Shown here one piece after another: positions 46,566 through 56,039 of a stretch of DNA of 64,000 nt. Below the pieces are notes generated by a model. That model did no database searches, was not told where the DNA came from, and worked only from the letters and a program-made list of their open reading frames with translations. How positions within the stretch are numbered: the stretch's first letter is position 1; every line of letters begins with the position of its first letter. This DNA is from Bacteroidetes bacterium RIFCSPLOWO2_12_FULL_35_15 (GTDB lineage Bacteria > Bacteroidota > Bacteroidia > 2-12-FULL-35-15), in the NCBI GenBank assembly GCA_001769385.1, contig MEPB01000025.1, positions 10,707 to 74,706 on the forward strand, in the 5' to 3' direction. A program made the position numbers and the translations under genes.

Positions 46566-47861
46566 ATGAGCCTAACAACGATTGATAAAAAATCTGATCT
46601 GATTGTAGCAAAACTTGCTGAAAATATTATTGGGTCAGAAATAATTAAACTTGCTGCCGAAGTAAACGAAAAAATTAAAAAAGGCGAAAAAATATATAAT
46701 CTGACCATTGGTGATTTTAATCCTAAAGTATTTCCAATTCCGGCTGAGTTAAAACAAGCTATAATAAATGCTTATGAGGACGACCAAACAAATTATCCTG
46801 CGGCAGATGGCATGTTGGAGTTGCGGCAAGCTGTTTCGAAGCTGTTAAAAGAACGTGGTGATCTGGATTATAAAACAGATGAAATAGTGATTGCCGGTGG
46901 TGCCCGTCCTGTTATTTATGCGATCTTTCGCGCTTTGGTAGATGCTGATGATACTGTTTTGTTTCCTGTTCCTTCCTGGAATAATAATCACTACACCTAT
47001 TTGAATTTTGCAAAACAAATAGCCATTGAAACGACAGCAGAAAATAATTTTATGCCAACTGCTGCAGAATTAAGACCTCATATTGCTGTTGCGAATTTAA
47101 TAGCCTTGTGTTCTCCTTTAAATCCAACAGGAACAACTTTCCGTAAAAAAGACCTGGAAGAAATATGCGATATGATCCTGCTTGAGAATACGAAGCGAAA
47201 TGCCGAAGGTAAAAAACCCGTATATCTGATGTTTGACCAAATTTATTGGGCACTTACTCATGGTGAAACAAAACATTACAATCCGGTTTCTTTACGTCCG
47301 GAAATGAAAAACTATACCGTTTTTGTTGATGGAATCTCGAAATCACTGGCATCAACAGGTGTGCGCGTTGGCTGGTCGATGGGACCTAAAAAAGTTATTG
47401 AAAAAATAAAATCCATCTTAACTCACATAGGAGCATGGGCTCCAAAAGCAGAGCAGGTAGCTACTGCAGTTTATTTAAATAATTTAGAAAACTACGATAC
47501 CTATTTAATAGATATAAAAGCCAAAATAAATGCCCGATTAGTAGGCTTTTATAAAGGATTTCAAGACCTGAAATCAGAAGGATTTAAAGTAGATGCAATT
47601 GCTCCGGAGGCAGCTATTTATTTAACCGTTCAGTTTTCTTTGCACGGACAAAAAACGGCTGATGGAAAAGTGTTAGCTTCTACGCAAGATATTACAAAAT
47701 ATATTTTAGATGAAGCAAAAGTAGCCTTGGTTCCTTTCTCTGCTTTTGGTGCATCTTCAAACTCAACTTGGTATCGTTTATCAGTTGGAACCTGTAAACT
47801 GGAAGATGTGGATGGAGCAATTGAAAATTTAAGAAGCGCATTAAAAAAATTACAAAAATAA
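46566..47861 (+). CDS. class I/II PLP-dependent aminotransferase
   Basis: 431 aa; ...LCSPLNPTG..., ...VDGISKSLASTGVRVGW (PLP-Lys SKS/R motif). Confidence 0.9.
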   Translation: MSLTTIDKKSDLIVAKLAENIIGSEIIKLAAEVNEKIKKGEKIYNLTIGDFNPKVFPIPAELKQAIINAYEDDQTNYPAADGMLELRQAVSKLLKERGDLDYKTDEIVIAGGARPVIYAIFRALVDADDTVLFPVPSWNNNHYTYLNFAKQIAIETTAENNFMPTAAELRPHIAVANLIALCSPLNPTGTTFRKKDLEEICDMILLENTKRNAEGKKPVYLMFDQIYWALTHGETKHYNPVSLRPEMKNYTVFVDGISKSLASTGVRVGWSMGPKKVIEKIKSILTHIGAWAPKAEQVATAVYLNNLENYDTYLIDIKAKINARLVGFYKGFQDLKSEGFKVDAIAPEAAIYLTVQFSLHGQKTADGKVLASTQDITKYILDEAKVALVPFSAFGASSNSTWYRLSVGTCKLEDVDGAIENLRSALKKLQK

Positions 47862-47973
47862 GGAGGGTGCCAATAACGAATAATTACTAATTTACGAAAC
47901 CATGTAGGGAGAAATAAACCCTTGTAAATTTGTATATTTTGATTATTCGTAACCTTTAAAATAAAAAAATAAA

Positions 47974-49056
47974 GTGAAAAATAATTATTGTGTTATAATG
48001 GCAGGTGGTATTGGAAGCCGCTTTTGGCCGATGAGCAGAACTGCACATCCAAAGCAGTTCATGGATATTTTAGGAACCGGAGAAACTTTATTGCAACAAA
48101 CCTACAATCGTTTTTTGCGTCTCTGTCCAAAAGAAAATATTTTTATAGTTACGAATGATTCCTATGTAACACTTGTTCAGGAACAGATAAATGATATTGA
48201 TGTGAGCAATATCTTAAGCGAACCCGCTCGCAAAAACACGGCTCCTTGTGTAGCATACGCCTGTTATAAGATAGCTCAGTTAAATCCGGATGCGATAACT
48301 GTTATTGCGCCATCTGATCATTTGATAACAAAGGAAGATACTTTTGTTAAAGCAATTAATTCATGTTTTAAAAAGGCTGCATCCGAAGATTGTTTGGTAA
48401 CTCTGGGTATTCACCCTAGCCGACCGGATACAGGTTATGGTTATATTCAGTTTGTTGAGTCCAACGAAAAGGATAACCGTATAAAAAAGGTAAAAACATT
48501 TACCGAAAAACCGGATCTGGAAATGGCGAAATTTTTTTTACAGAGTGGCGATTTTCTTTGGAATTCAGGCATTTTTATCTGGAGTGTGAAAAGTGTAATT
48601 AAAGCATTCGAAAAACATTCTCCGGATCTGGCTGCTGTTTTTCAGGATGGGAATGGGGTTTACAATTCTTCTGAAGAATCTGATTTTATAGCAAAAGCAT
48701 ATACAAATTGTAAAAATATTTCGATTGATTATGCAATTTTAGAAAAAGCCGACAATGTTTATGTTCGCTCTTCCATAATTGGCTGGAGCGATTTGGGAAC
48801 ATGGGGATCTTTATACAGTCATATCAAAAAAGATAATAACCAGAATGCCGTAGTTGGCAAAAATGTTATGATGTACGATTCAAAAAATTGTATTGTTAAC
48901 GTTCCCAAAGATAAGTTGGTAGTATTACAAGGTCTTGAGAATTATATTGTTGTTGAATCGAATGGAATCTTACTCATCTGCAAAAAAGAAGATGAACAAC
49001 ATATACGAACTTTTGTGAATGATGTGAAAGTTGTAAAAGGAGAAAAGTTTGTTTAA
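47974..49056 (+). CDS. mannose-1-phosphate guanylyltransferase
   Basis: VIMAGGIGSRFWPMSR..PKQF nucleotidyl-transferase motif, ...GYGYIQ..., ...WNSGIF.W...; 360 aa, no PMI domain. GTG start. Confidence 0.88.
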   Translation: MKNNYCVIMAGGIGSRFWPMSRTAHPKQFMDILGTGETLLQQTYNRFLRLCPKENIFIVTNDSYVTLVQEQINDIDVSNILSEPARKNTAPCVAYACYKIAQLNPDAITVIAPSDHLITKEDTFVKAINSCFKKAASEDCLVTLGIHPSRPDTGYGYIQFVESNEKDNRIKKVKTFTEKPDLEMAKFFLQSGDFLWNSGIFIWSVKSVIKAFEKHSPDLAAVFQDGNGVYNSSEESDFIAKAYTNCKNISIDYAILEKADNVYVRSSIIGWSDLGTWGSLYSHIKKDNNQNAVVGKNVMMYDSKNCIVNVPKDKLVVLQGLENYIVVESNGILLICKKEDEQHIRTFVNDVKVVKGEKFV

Positions 49057-49062
49057 AAAACT

Positions 49063-49093
49063 GAACCACTCTGCACTGAAAGTGCAGAGGTTC
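49063..49093. terminator. stem-loop between convergent genes (terminator candidate)
   Basis: CTCTGCACT-gaa-AGTGCAGAG perfect 9-bp stem extended by GAAC/GTTC. The A-run on the left gives a T-tract on the minus strand. Confidence 0.5.
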
Positions 49094-49252
49094 AAAAAAG
49101 AAAATAATTAAATTATTTTTAACAAATCTTAAATCAAGAACGTTCCTCGCTATGACGCCACGAGTAAAAATTTTGTAGAAACTGAAAGTCTTGCACCGAA
49201 AGTGCATAGTTTTGAACTAACAAACTGAACAATAAAACTGCTTTAAATACAA

Positions 49253-49942
49253 TTAGTAATTGTCTTCATCGGTAACATGTTTTTTTCCCTTGTAGGAGCC
49301 TGAAAAATACAAGATAAAACGTAATCCGATCAATGTTTGTTCCTGATTCCAATCGGCAAATAAACTGGCCCCAATACCAACATCATATTTTATTTTTTTT
49401 ACTACATCGCCTTGCAGATATAAGCCAGGTTCAGAATAATGCCGCGTATAAACAGAGTCTCCAACTTTTGCATAACCCGATGAATAAGCAGGGCCAATTG
49501 CTATAACAAATTGAACATCCTTGTCTTCAAAACGTTTCGCATAGCCTAAATGAAATTGATAGTTGGTAAGGAAATTAAGATTTTCTCCGGTTATCAAAAT
49601 GCCCGTTTGTAAATAATGTTGTTTGATGTGAAAATTAAAATCTACTCCGCCTGCAAAACCTAAAGAACGTTTGTACGTCATGTTTTGTTGAAGTCCGCCA
49701 CCAATAGTCAACCAGTTATTGTAATACCTGAATCGATTATTTTTAATTACAAATTCACTGTCAAGTGGGATTTGCCTTTTTTTGTTTTTTGTATCTATCT
49801 GTTTCTCATCAACAGCTTTGTAATGTTTCCCATTTATTATTATTTCATCTTTTCCTTTAACAGTATCTGTTTGGGAAATTGAATTAAATGAAATAAAAAT
49901 TCCAATGGTGATAAGAAGAAATATCGTAAACTGTTTTTTCAA
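49253..49942 (-). CDS. hypothetical secreted protein, probable small OM beta-barrel
   Basis: Signal peptide, Gly/Tyr-rich alternating strands in the C-terminal 150 aa. Confidence 0.5.
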   Translation of the reverse strand: MKKQFTIFLLITIGIFISFNSISQTDTVKGKDEIIINGKHYKAVDEKQIDTKNKKRQIPLDSEFVIKNNRFRYYNNWLTIGGGLQQNMTYKRSLGFAGGVDFNFHIKQHYLQTGILITGENLNFLTNYQFHLGYAKRFEDKDVQFVIAIGPAYSSGYAKVGDSVYTRHYSEPGLYLQGDVVKKIKYDVGIGASLFADWNQEQTLIGLRFILYFSGSYKGKKHVTDEDNY

Positions 49943-49959
49943 TGTTTTATGTTTTGGAT

Positions 49960-50055
49960 GTTATTCCGACTCCTTCGATTTTGCTCAAGATAAACTCCGA
50001 GAAAAAAATCTGAATGCCTGTAAAAAAAGAGATTTCTCCCTTCAGTCGAAATGAC
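49960..50055. repeat. tail-to-tail doublet of family 1 repeat units
   Basis: GTTATTCCGAC...GAGAAAAAAATC (49960..50010, + orientation) and GTCATTTCGACTGAAGGGAGAAATCTC (50029..50055, - orientation). Confidence 0.6.
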
Positions 50056-50115
50056 ATCTTCTGTTTTAATAATGTTTCTTAGGCTTGGATTTCATATTTG
50101 TTCATTTAAAACAAT

Positions 50116-50154
50116 GAGCGAAGATAAAGTATTTCATTTACTTTATCTTCGCTC
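50116..50154 (-). terminator. long stem-loop downstream of fumC
   Basis: GAGCGAAGATAAAGTA-7 nt-TACTTTATCTTCGCTC, perfect 16-bp stem; the minus strand continues ATTGTTTTAAA. Confidence 0.55.
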
Positions 50155-50192
50155 AGGCTTAACGTAATAATTCCGATTTTATTTTAAGAAAA

Positions 50193-51596
50193 TTATGCGT
50201 GTTTTAAGGAGCCACACATTTCTTCCGGTTTCACCCATTCATCAAATTGTTCGTTAGTTAATAATCCTAGTTCCAATGAAGCTTCACGCAAGGTTTTATT
50301 TTCTTTGTGAGCTTTCTTTGCAATTTTTGCTGCATTCTCATAACCAATATGTGTATTTAATGCAGTAACTAACATCAATGAATTTTCAAGATGTTGTTTT
50401 AATATCGGAAGATTTGGTTCGATACCGGCTGCACAATTATCATTGAATGAAATACAGGCATCACCAATCAAACGAGCTGATTGCAATACGTTTGCGGCAA
50501 TTAAGGGTTTAAATACATTCAATTCAAAATGTCCGTTTGAACCACCAATGGAAACCGCAACATCATTCCCCATTACCTGGGCACAAACCATAGTTAACGC
50601 TTCTACCTGAGTTGGATTTACTTTGCCGGGCATTATGGATGATCCCGGTTCGTTATCAGGAATAATAATTTCCCCGATTCCGCAACGCGGTCCGGAACTT
50701 AACATACGAACATCATTCGCAATTTTCATCAAGGCAACTGCTGAGCGTTTCAAAGCACCTGATAATTCAACCATTGCATCATGTGCTGCTAATGCTTCAA
50801 ATTTATTGGGTGCTGTTATAAATGGTAAACCTGTAAGCTCGGCAATTTTTTTAGCAACTAATACATCGTATCCTTCAGGAGTGTTTAAGCCTGTACCAAC
50901 TGCTGTACCACCTAAAGCTAATTCGCTCACTACTTCCAAAGCATTTTTTATGGCGCGAATACTATTTGTTACTTGTTGTGCATAGCCTGAAAATTCTTGT
51001 CCTAAGGTCAAGGGAGTTGCATCCATAAAATGGGTACGACCCGTTTTTGTTATGCTTTTAAAGTCTTCTGATTTTTTCTTTAAAGTGTTTCTTAACTTTT
51101 CCATTCCGGGAATGGTAATATCCACAACCTGCTTGTATGCTGCAATATGCATTGCTGTTGGATAGGTATCGTTTGATGATTGTGATTTATTTACATCATC
51201 GTTCGGGTGAATAAAAGGTTTTCCTTCACCCAATTTATTTCCTTGTAATACATGAGAACGATTAGAAACTACTTCATTCACATTCATGTTTGATTGCGTT
51301 CCTGACCCTGTTTGCCATATAACCAAAGGGAATTCACTATCTAATTTGCCTGCGATAATTTCATCACATACTTTTCCAATAATGTCTTTTTTATCAGCAG
51401 GTAATACGCCCAATTCGAAATTTGCCATCGCAGCAGCCTTTTTCAGGTACCCGAAAGCATAAATAATTTCTTTTGGCATGGATGCTTCCGGCCCAATTTT
51501 AAAATTATTGCGGGAACGTTCTGTTTGTGCTCCCCAATATTTATCGGCAGGTACTTTTACCTCGCCCATGGTGTCTTTTTCAATTCTGTAGTTCAT
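50193..51596 (-). CDS. fumC: class II fumarate hydratase
   Basis: [13 protein letters not shown] signature, [15 protein letters not shown]....GAQT.RS N-terminus; 467 aa. Confidence 0.96.
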   Translation of the reverse strand: MNYRIEKDTMGEVKVPADKYWGAQTERSRNNFKIGPEASMPKEIIYAFGYLKKAAAMANFELGVLPADKKDIIGKVCDEIIAGKLDSEFPLVIWQTGSGTQSNMNVNEVVSNRSHVLQGNKLGEGKPFIHPNDDVNKSQSSNDTYPTAMHIAAYKQVVDITIPGMEKLRNTLKKKSEDFKSITKTGRTHFMDATPLTLGQEFSGYAQQVTNSIRAIKNALEVVSELALGGTAVGTGLNTPEGYDVLVAKKIAELTGLPFITAPNKFEALAAHDAMVELSGALKRSAVALMKIANDVRMLSSGPRCGIGEIIIPDNEPGSSIMPGKVNPTQVEALTMVCAQVMGNDVAVSIGGSNGHFELNVFKPLIAANVLQSARLIGDACISFNDNCAAGIEPNLPILKQHLENSLMLVTALNTHIGYENAAKIAKKAHKENKTLREASLELGLLTNEQFDEWVKPEEMCGSLKHA

Positions 51597-51702
51597 CTTT
51601 TTTAGTATTGAGATATTAGATTTGAGATATAAGATTTTTCAATTGAGTTCCAAATTTACAAAACGATTTCGTCCCATTTATGATATTCTTACCTGATATG
51701 AT

Positions 51703-52044
51703 TTATATCAGTTCCAACACTTTTTCGGGCGGTCGGCCAATAACAGCTTTATCTCCTTTAACTAGTATCGGACGTTCTATCAATATTGGATTTTCGGATA
51801 ATATGTTGATCCATTCTGTTTCCGAAAAAGTTTTGTTCTTATATTTTTCTTTATAGATAACTTCGCCTTTTCGCACAATTTCTTCTGCTTTCATACCTAA
51901 TTTTTTTAAGAGTTCTTTGATCTCTTTTTGACTTGGTGGTGTTTTTAAATAGTCAATCGTCTCGAATGGAATGTTTTTCTCTTGAAGAATAGAACAAGCT
52001 TCGCGACTTTTTGAACAACGAGCATTGTGGTATATTTTTAACAT
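51703..52044 (-). CDS. ArsC/Spx-family (glutaredoxin-type arsenate reductase-like) protein
   Basis: MLKIYHNARCSKSR... N-terminal Cys motif, ...NP.LIERPI...; 113 aa. Confidence 0.85.
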   Translation of the reverse strand: MLKIYHNARCSKSREACSILQEKNIPFETIDYLKTPPSQKEIKELLKKLGMKAEEIVRKGEVIYKEKYKNKTFSETEWINILSENPILIERPILVKGDKAVIGRPPEKVLELI

Positions 52045-52076
52045 CGGTTTTTTATATAGGGTGACTGTGTAATATT

Positions 52077-52217
52077 GGAACGCAGATTATTATGATCGTT
52101 ATGATTTAAATTGATTTTTATTGCCAAGCCATTTGGATTAAAGATGATTAATTAAGTACAGAAAAAAAACCAAAAAAAATCCTCTTTTATCTTAATAATC
52201 ATAAAAATCCGCGTTCC
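52077..52217. repeat. inverted doublet of family 2 units flanking ~100 bp (MITE/REPIN-like)
   Basis: GGAACGCAGATTATTATGAT (52077..52096) versus the reverse complement of 52198..52217, GGAACGCGGATTTTTATGAT (17/20 identical). Confidence 0.65.
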
Positions 52218-52225
52218 CTCTTTTC

Positions 52226-53315
52226 CTAACTATTCCCATACTCCATCAAATATGCTTTAATAAAATCATTTAAATCCCCATCCATTACAGCTTGAATATT
52301 TGAGGTTTCATATCCTGTACGGATATCTTTTATTAATTTATACGGATGAAAGACATAATTACGAATTTGTGATCCCCATTCTATTTTCTTTTTATTGCCT
52401 TCAATAACATTGATCGCCTCCCGTTGTTTTCGTAATTCAATTTCAAATAATTGAGATTTTAAAAGTTTGATCGCATTTTCTTTATTTTGTAATTGAGAAC
52501 GGGATTCCTGATTTTTAATGATGATTCCAGATGGTTTGTGATACAAGCGTACAGCTGTTTCCACCTTGTTTACATTTTGTCCTCCGGCACCACCGGCACG
52601 AAATGTTTCAAACTCGATATCTGCCGGATTTACATCAATTTCTATGGTGTCATCAATTAAAGGATAGGCATAAACAGATGCAAATGTTGTATGACGTTTT
52701 CCATTTGAATCAAAAGGAGAAATACGTACCAATCGGTGCACACCATTTTCTCCTTTTAAATAACCGAAAGCATAATCACCTTCAAATTCCAGAGTAACCG
52801 ACTTAAGACCCGCTACATCACCTTCTGAACGGTCGGTTTCTTTTATTTTATATCCATTTTTAGTGCCCCACATCATGTACATGCGCATGAGCATTACCAC
52901 CCAATCGCAACTTTCTGTTCCACCTGCACCTGAATTGATCTGGATAACGCAACTCAAAATATCCTCTTTTCCACTGAGCATATTTTTAAATTCAATTTCT
53001 TCCAGTTGTTTTAATGTTGTTTGAAACTGTTGCTGAACATCCTCTTCCGTTGTTTCCCCTTCTTTAAAATAATCAAACAGCAACATCAGATCATCCATGC
53101 TGCAAGTTAATGCATCATAAGATTTGATCCAGTTTTTTTTGATCTTGGTTTGTTTAAGGAGTTCTTCGGCTTTTTTAGGGTCGTCCCAAAAGTTGGGTGC
53201 AAGTGCTTTTTCTTCTTCCTCTGCTACTTCGCGTAATTTCTTAGCGATGTCAAAGATGCCCCCTTAACGCATCCGTGCGCTCCCGAAGGTCTTTTAGTTG
53301 GTCGGTTGTAATCAT
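52226..53315 (-). CDS. prfB: peptide chain release factor 2, requires programmed +1 ribosomal frameshift
   Basis: Large ORF 52226..53098 carries SPF and GGQ ([17 protein letters not shown]) motifs. The true start ATG at 53315 encodes [21 protein letters not shown], then CTT TGA C. Shifting +1 continues ...[24 protein letters not shown]... into the large ORF. Confidence 0.93.
53249..53264 (-). promoter_or_regulatory. prfB: prfB autoregulatory +1 frameshift site (AGGGGG-N3-CTT TGA C)
   Basis: Minus-strand sequence AGGGGGCATCTTTGAC: internal SD-like AGGGGG, slippery CTT, in-frame TGA followed by C, as in the classical RF2 site. Confidence 0.9.
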
Positions 53316-53362
53316 AGTGCAAATTTAATAATAATTGCGAGTTTGGAAGGGATTTCAATGTA

Positions 53363-53390
53363 TTTTTGTGAGGGAATTTTTGTGAGGGAA
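53363..53390. repeat. perfect 14-bp tandem duplication
   Basis: TTTTTGTGAGGGAA x2, between the prfB start and the transposase remnant. Confidence 0.85.
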
Positions 53391-53508
53391 TTCAAATTCG
53401 GGTTCTAAATCAAACAAGCAATTCAATTTTAAAATCCCCCTTAGGGGTGATCATAATAGAAAAAAATATAATATAATCAGGAACATAGCTCCATAGGAGC
53501 GAAATAAA

Positions 53509-53595
53509 ATGGCAAATACATTTTCACAGATATATATCCATGTCGTGTTTGCTGTTAAGGGCAGAGAAAACATTGTTAGTAGCAAAAAAAATTAG
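53509..53595 (+). pseudogene. N-terminal remnant of an IS200-like/REP-associated (RAYT-type) Y1 transposase
   Basis: 28-codon ORF MANTFSQIYIHVVFAVKGRENIVSSKKN*. It matches the highly conserved N-terminus (MANTY.Q.YIH.VFAVK.R...I) of Bacteroidota IS200-like transposases of ~150-180 aa; the remainder is missing. Confidence 0.5.
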
Positions 53596-54072
53596 ATGCA
53601 AGCAAACTATTTTAGAATTAACAAAAGAGAATATTGTCATATTACAGAAGACAAACTATTTATAATTAATAGCAAAGAAGTAAAACGTATTCCATTGGAA
53701 CATGATGTAAGTGAAGCCTGGGGAATAGTTAGTGTTTTAAATTATTTGGTTTTTGCTTTTTTATTCATTTATATGAGTATTTCTGTTTCTCATTATGGTG
53801 CCGATTTTTTTAAGGAACCTATTAATTATGGAGGGATTTTACTTTTGCTTATTTCTTTTGTAAGAGTAAAAAACGGATTTTTAACGAGTAGTACACCATG
53901 CATTTCGAGAAATAAAATCAGATCAGTTTATTTCAAAACTCCTTGGTATTCATTCCCTCGTGTAGTAATTTATTTTGAAGGTCCCGAAGGAAAAATGTTG
54001 CGAAGGATTATTCCTATTTTGAATAAATACGAAGCATTGATTGTGTTAAAAGAAGCAGGATTAATAAAATAG
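53596..54072 (+). CDS. hypothetical two-TM membrane protein
   Basis: 158 aa ORF starting on the base after the transposase-remnant stop codon. Central hydrophobic hairpin. The 3' end overlaps recX by 12 nt (convergent). Confidence 0.45.
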   Translation: MQANYFRINKREYCHITEDKLFIINSKEVKRIPLEHDVSEAWGIVSVLNYLVFAFLFIYMSISVSHYGADFFKEPINYGGILLLLISFVRVKNGFLTSSTPCISRNKIRSVYFKTPWYSFPRVVIYFEGPEGKMLRRIIPILNKYEALIVLKEAGLIK

Positions 54073-54555
54073 ATCTTCTTTTTGCTTTAATATATCCCAG
54101 ATCAAATCACTTTCAAATCCACGGGAAGCAGCATACTGAGCAATTTTATAATTACGTACTTGTTCTTTTCCTCCTTTTATTTCTTTTGATTTTTTTGCGA
54201 TAATAGCTTTCAGGATCTTCATATAATCTCCGTCCTCAATTTCCTGCATTGCTTTTCGGATGCAGTAATCAGAGATCTTACGTTTTTTTAATTCTATTTT
54301 AATTTTTATTTTTCCCCATTTTTTTATTCTGAATTTCCCTCCTGCAAATGCTTTTGCAAAACGTTCTTCATTTAAATAATTATCTGAAATTAATAAAGCA
54401 ATGGTGTTTTCAACAGCATCCGGGTATAAGCCCCAATCATAAAGCTTGTCGCGCATTTCCTGCTGACAGCGTTCCTGGTAAACACAGGTCATTTGTGCTT
54501 TAATTAAAGCTTGAGCAGGTGTTAATTTCTTCTTTGTTTTTTTTTCTTCGAACAT
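54061..54555 (-). CDS. recX: regulatory protein RecX
   Basis: 164 aa; ...C.YQERCQQEMRDKLYDWGL... and three-helix repeat pattern typical of RecX. Confidence 0.8.
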   Translation of the reverse strand: MFEEKKTKKKLTPAQALIKAQMTCVYQERCQQEMRDKLYDWGLYPDAVENTIALLISDNYLNEERFAKAFAGGKFRIKKWGKIKIKIELKKRKISDYCIRKAMQEIEDGDYMKILKAIIAKKSKEIKGGKEQVRNYKIAQYAASRGFESDLIWDILKQKEDLFY

Positions 54556-54636
54556 ATTTAATAGATGTAAGAATCAAGAGGCAAGAATCAAAATTGAATA
54601 ATAGGGCAATTTTTCACTTGATACTTGCTACTTATT

Positions 54637-56025
54637 TTAAATCAAACCTCTCGCTTTCAACTCCAAATATTTATTAATTGTATTTACAGAAAGATTTTGA
54701 GGAGAAGTTAAAATGCTGTGAATTCCATATTTTTCAAGCTCTTTCACAATTAATTTTTTTTCGTAAACAAATTTCTCGGCAATAATTTTATTGTAAACTT
54801 CTTCGGTTGTTGCAGCAGGCTTATCAAGATAGGATCTCAATTCGGTGTTTTCAAAAAATATTACCACCAATAAATGATCTTTTGCTAATCTACGCAAGTA
54901 TTTTAATTGTCGCTGCAAACCTGATAAACTTTCGAAATTAGTATAGATCAATAATAAACTACGCTGCTTGATTTTTATTTTTACATTGATGTATAAATTT
55001 TCAAAATCACTTTCCAGGTAGCCTGTTTTTTGTTTGTACAACAAGGTCAATATCTTTTGAAGATGTGCGTTTTTTCGTTCTGCTGCCAGTATTGATTGCA
55101 CTTTATTTGAGAAAGTGATGATGCCTGCTTTGTCTTGTTTGAGCATCGCTATATTTGAAATTACCAAACTGGAGTTGATCGCATAATCCAGTAAACTCAA
55201 TCCTTCGAAAGGCATTTTCATTACACGTCCCATGTCAATAACAGAATACACTTGTTGTGATTTTTCATCCTGAAACTGATTGATCATCAATTTGTTTTTA
55301 CGTGCTGTTGCTTTCCAATTGATAGTGCGGTAATCGTCACCACTTACATATTCTTTTATCTGTTCAAACTCCGCATTATTTCCTCTTCTTCTGATCTTTT
55401 TAATTCCAACTTCAGTTAATTGATTAGAGATGGCAAGTAATTCATATTTGCGCATTTGCAAAAACGAAGGATATACCGGAACCATCATGTTTTGAGAAAA
55501 ACGATATCTTTTTTGAATAAAACCGATCGGGCTTTTTACAAAAATATTTAATGCACCAAAACTATATTCTCCGCGCTTTACGGGATGGACAACATAGTTG
55601 AGTGTTTTGCTTTTCCCCGGATCAACATTTATTTTGAAGTGGCTGTCACGCGATTGAAACTGAAATGGAAGTTCATCAATCACATGTAATCGGGCAGGAA
55701 ATAAATATTTGTTCTCTAGAATGATCTGAATAAAATTATCATCACCATTTGATAGTTTGTCTAATGCATTTCGTCTTCCAAAGATTCCATTTTTGTTGGC
55801 ATATAAAATAAGTATATCAACAACTAATAATCCTCCTATAACATATAGCGCATAAACTGCGAATGGTTCGACAAGCTCAAAGAAAAATGCAAAAACTAAC
55901 AATACAACTTCTGCTGCAATAATATAATAAAGCAGATGGGTAAAGTAGATTGATTTTATAAAAAGTCCCACCAATCCACCACGAGGTCTAGCTGAAACTT
56001 CAATATTATTATTTTGTCCTGTCAT
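54637..56025 (-). CDS. DUF58 domain protein with N-terminal TM hairpin
   Basis: EFEQIKEYVSGDDYRTINWKATAR motif (DUF58 hallmark) downstream of two TM helices. The ORF extends to 56067, but codons 1-9 are translated repeat DNA. Alternative ATGs at 56043 and 56025. Confidence 0.85.
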   Translation of the reverse strand: MTGQNNNIEVSARPRGGLVGLFIKSIYFTHLLYYIIAAEVVLLVFAFFFELVEPFAVYALYVIGGLLVVDILILYANKNGIFGRRNALDKLSNGDDNFIQIILENKYLFPARLHVIDELPFQFQSRDSHFKINVDPGKSKTLNYVVHPVKRGEYSFGALNIFVKSPIGFIQKRYRFSQNMMVPVYPSFLQMRKYELLAISNQLTEVGIKKIRRRGNNAEFEQIKEYVSGDDYRTINWKATARKNKLMINQFQDEKSQQVYSVIDMGRVMKMPFEGLSLLDYAINSSLVISNIAMLKQDKAGIITFSNKVQSILAAERKNAHLQKILTLLYKQKTGYLESDFENLYINVKIKIKQRSLLLIYTNFESLSGLQRQLKYLRRLAKDHLLVVIFFENTELRSYLDKPAATTEEVYNKIIAEKFVYEKKLIVKELEKYGIHSILTSPQNLSVNTINKYLELKARGLI

Positions 56026-56039
56026 TTTTAAGGCTTTGT

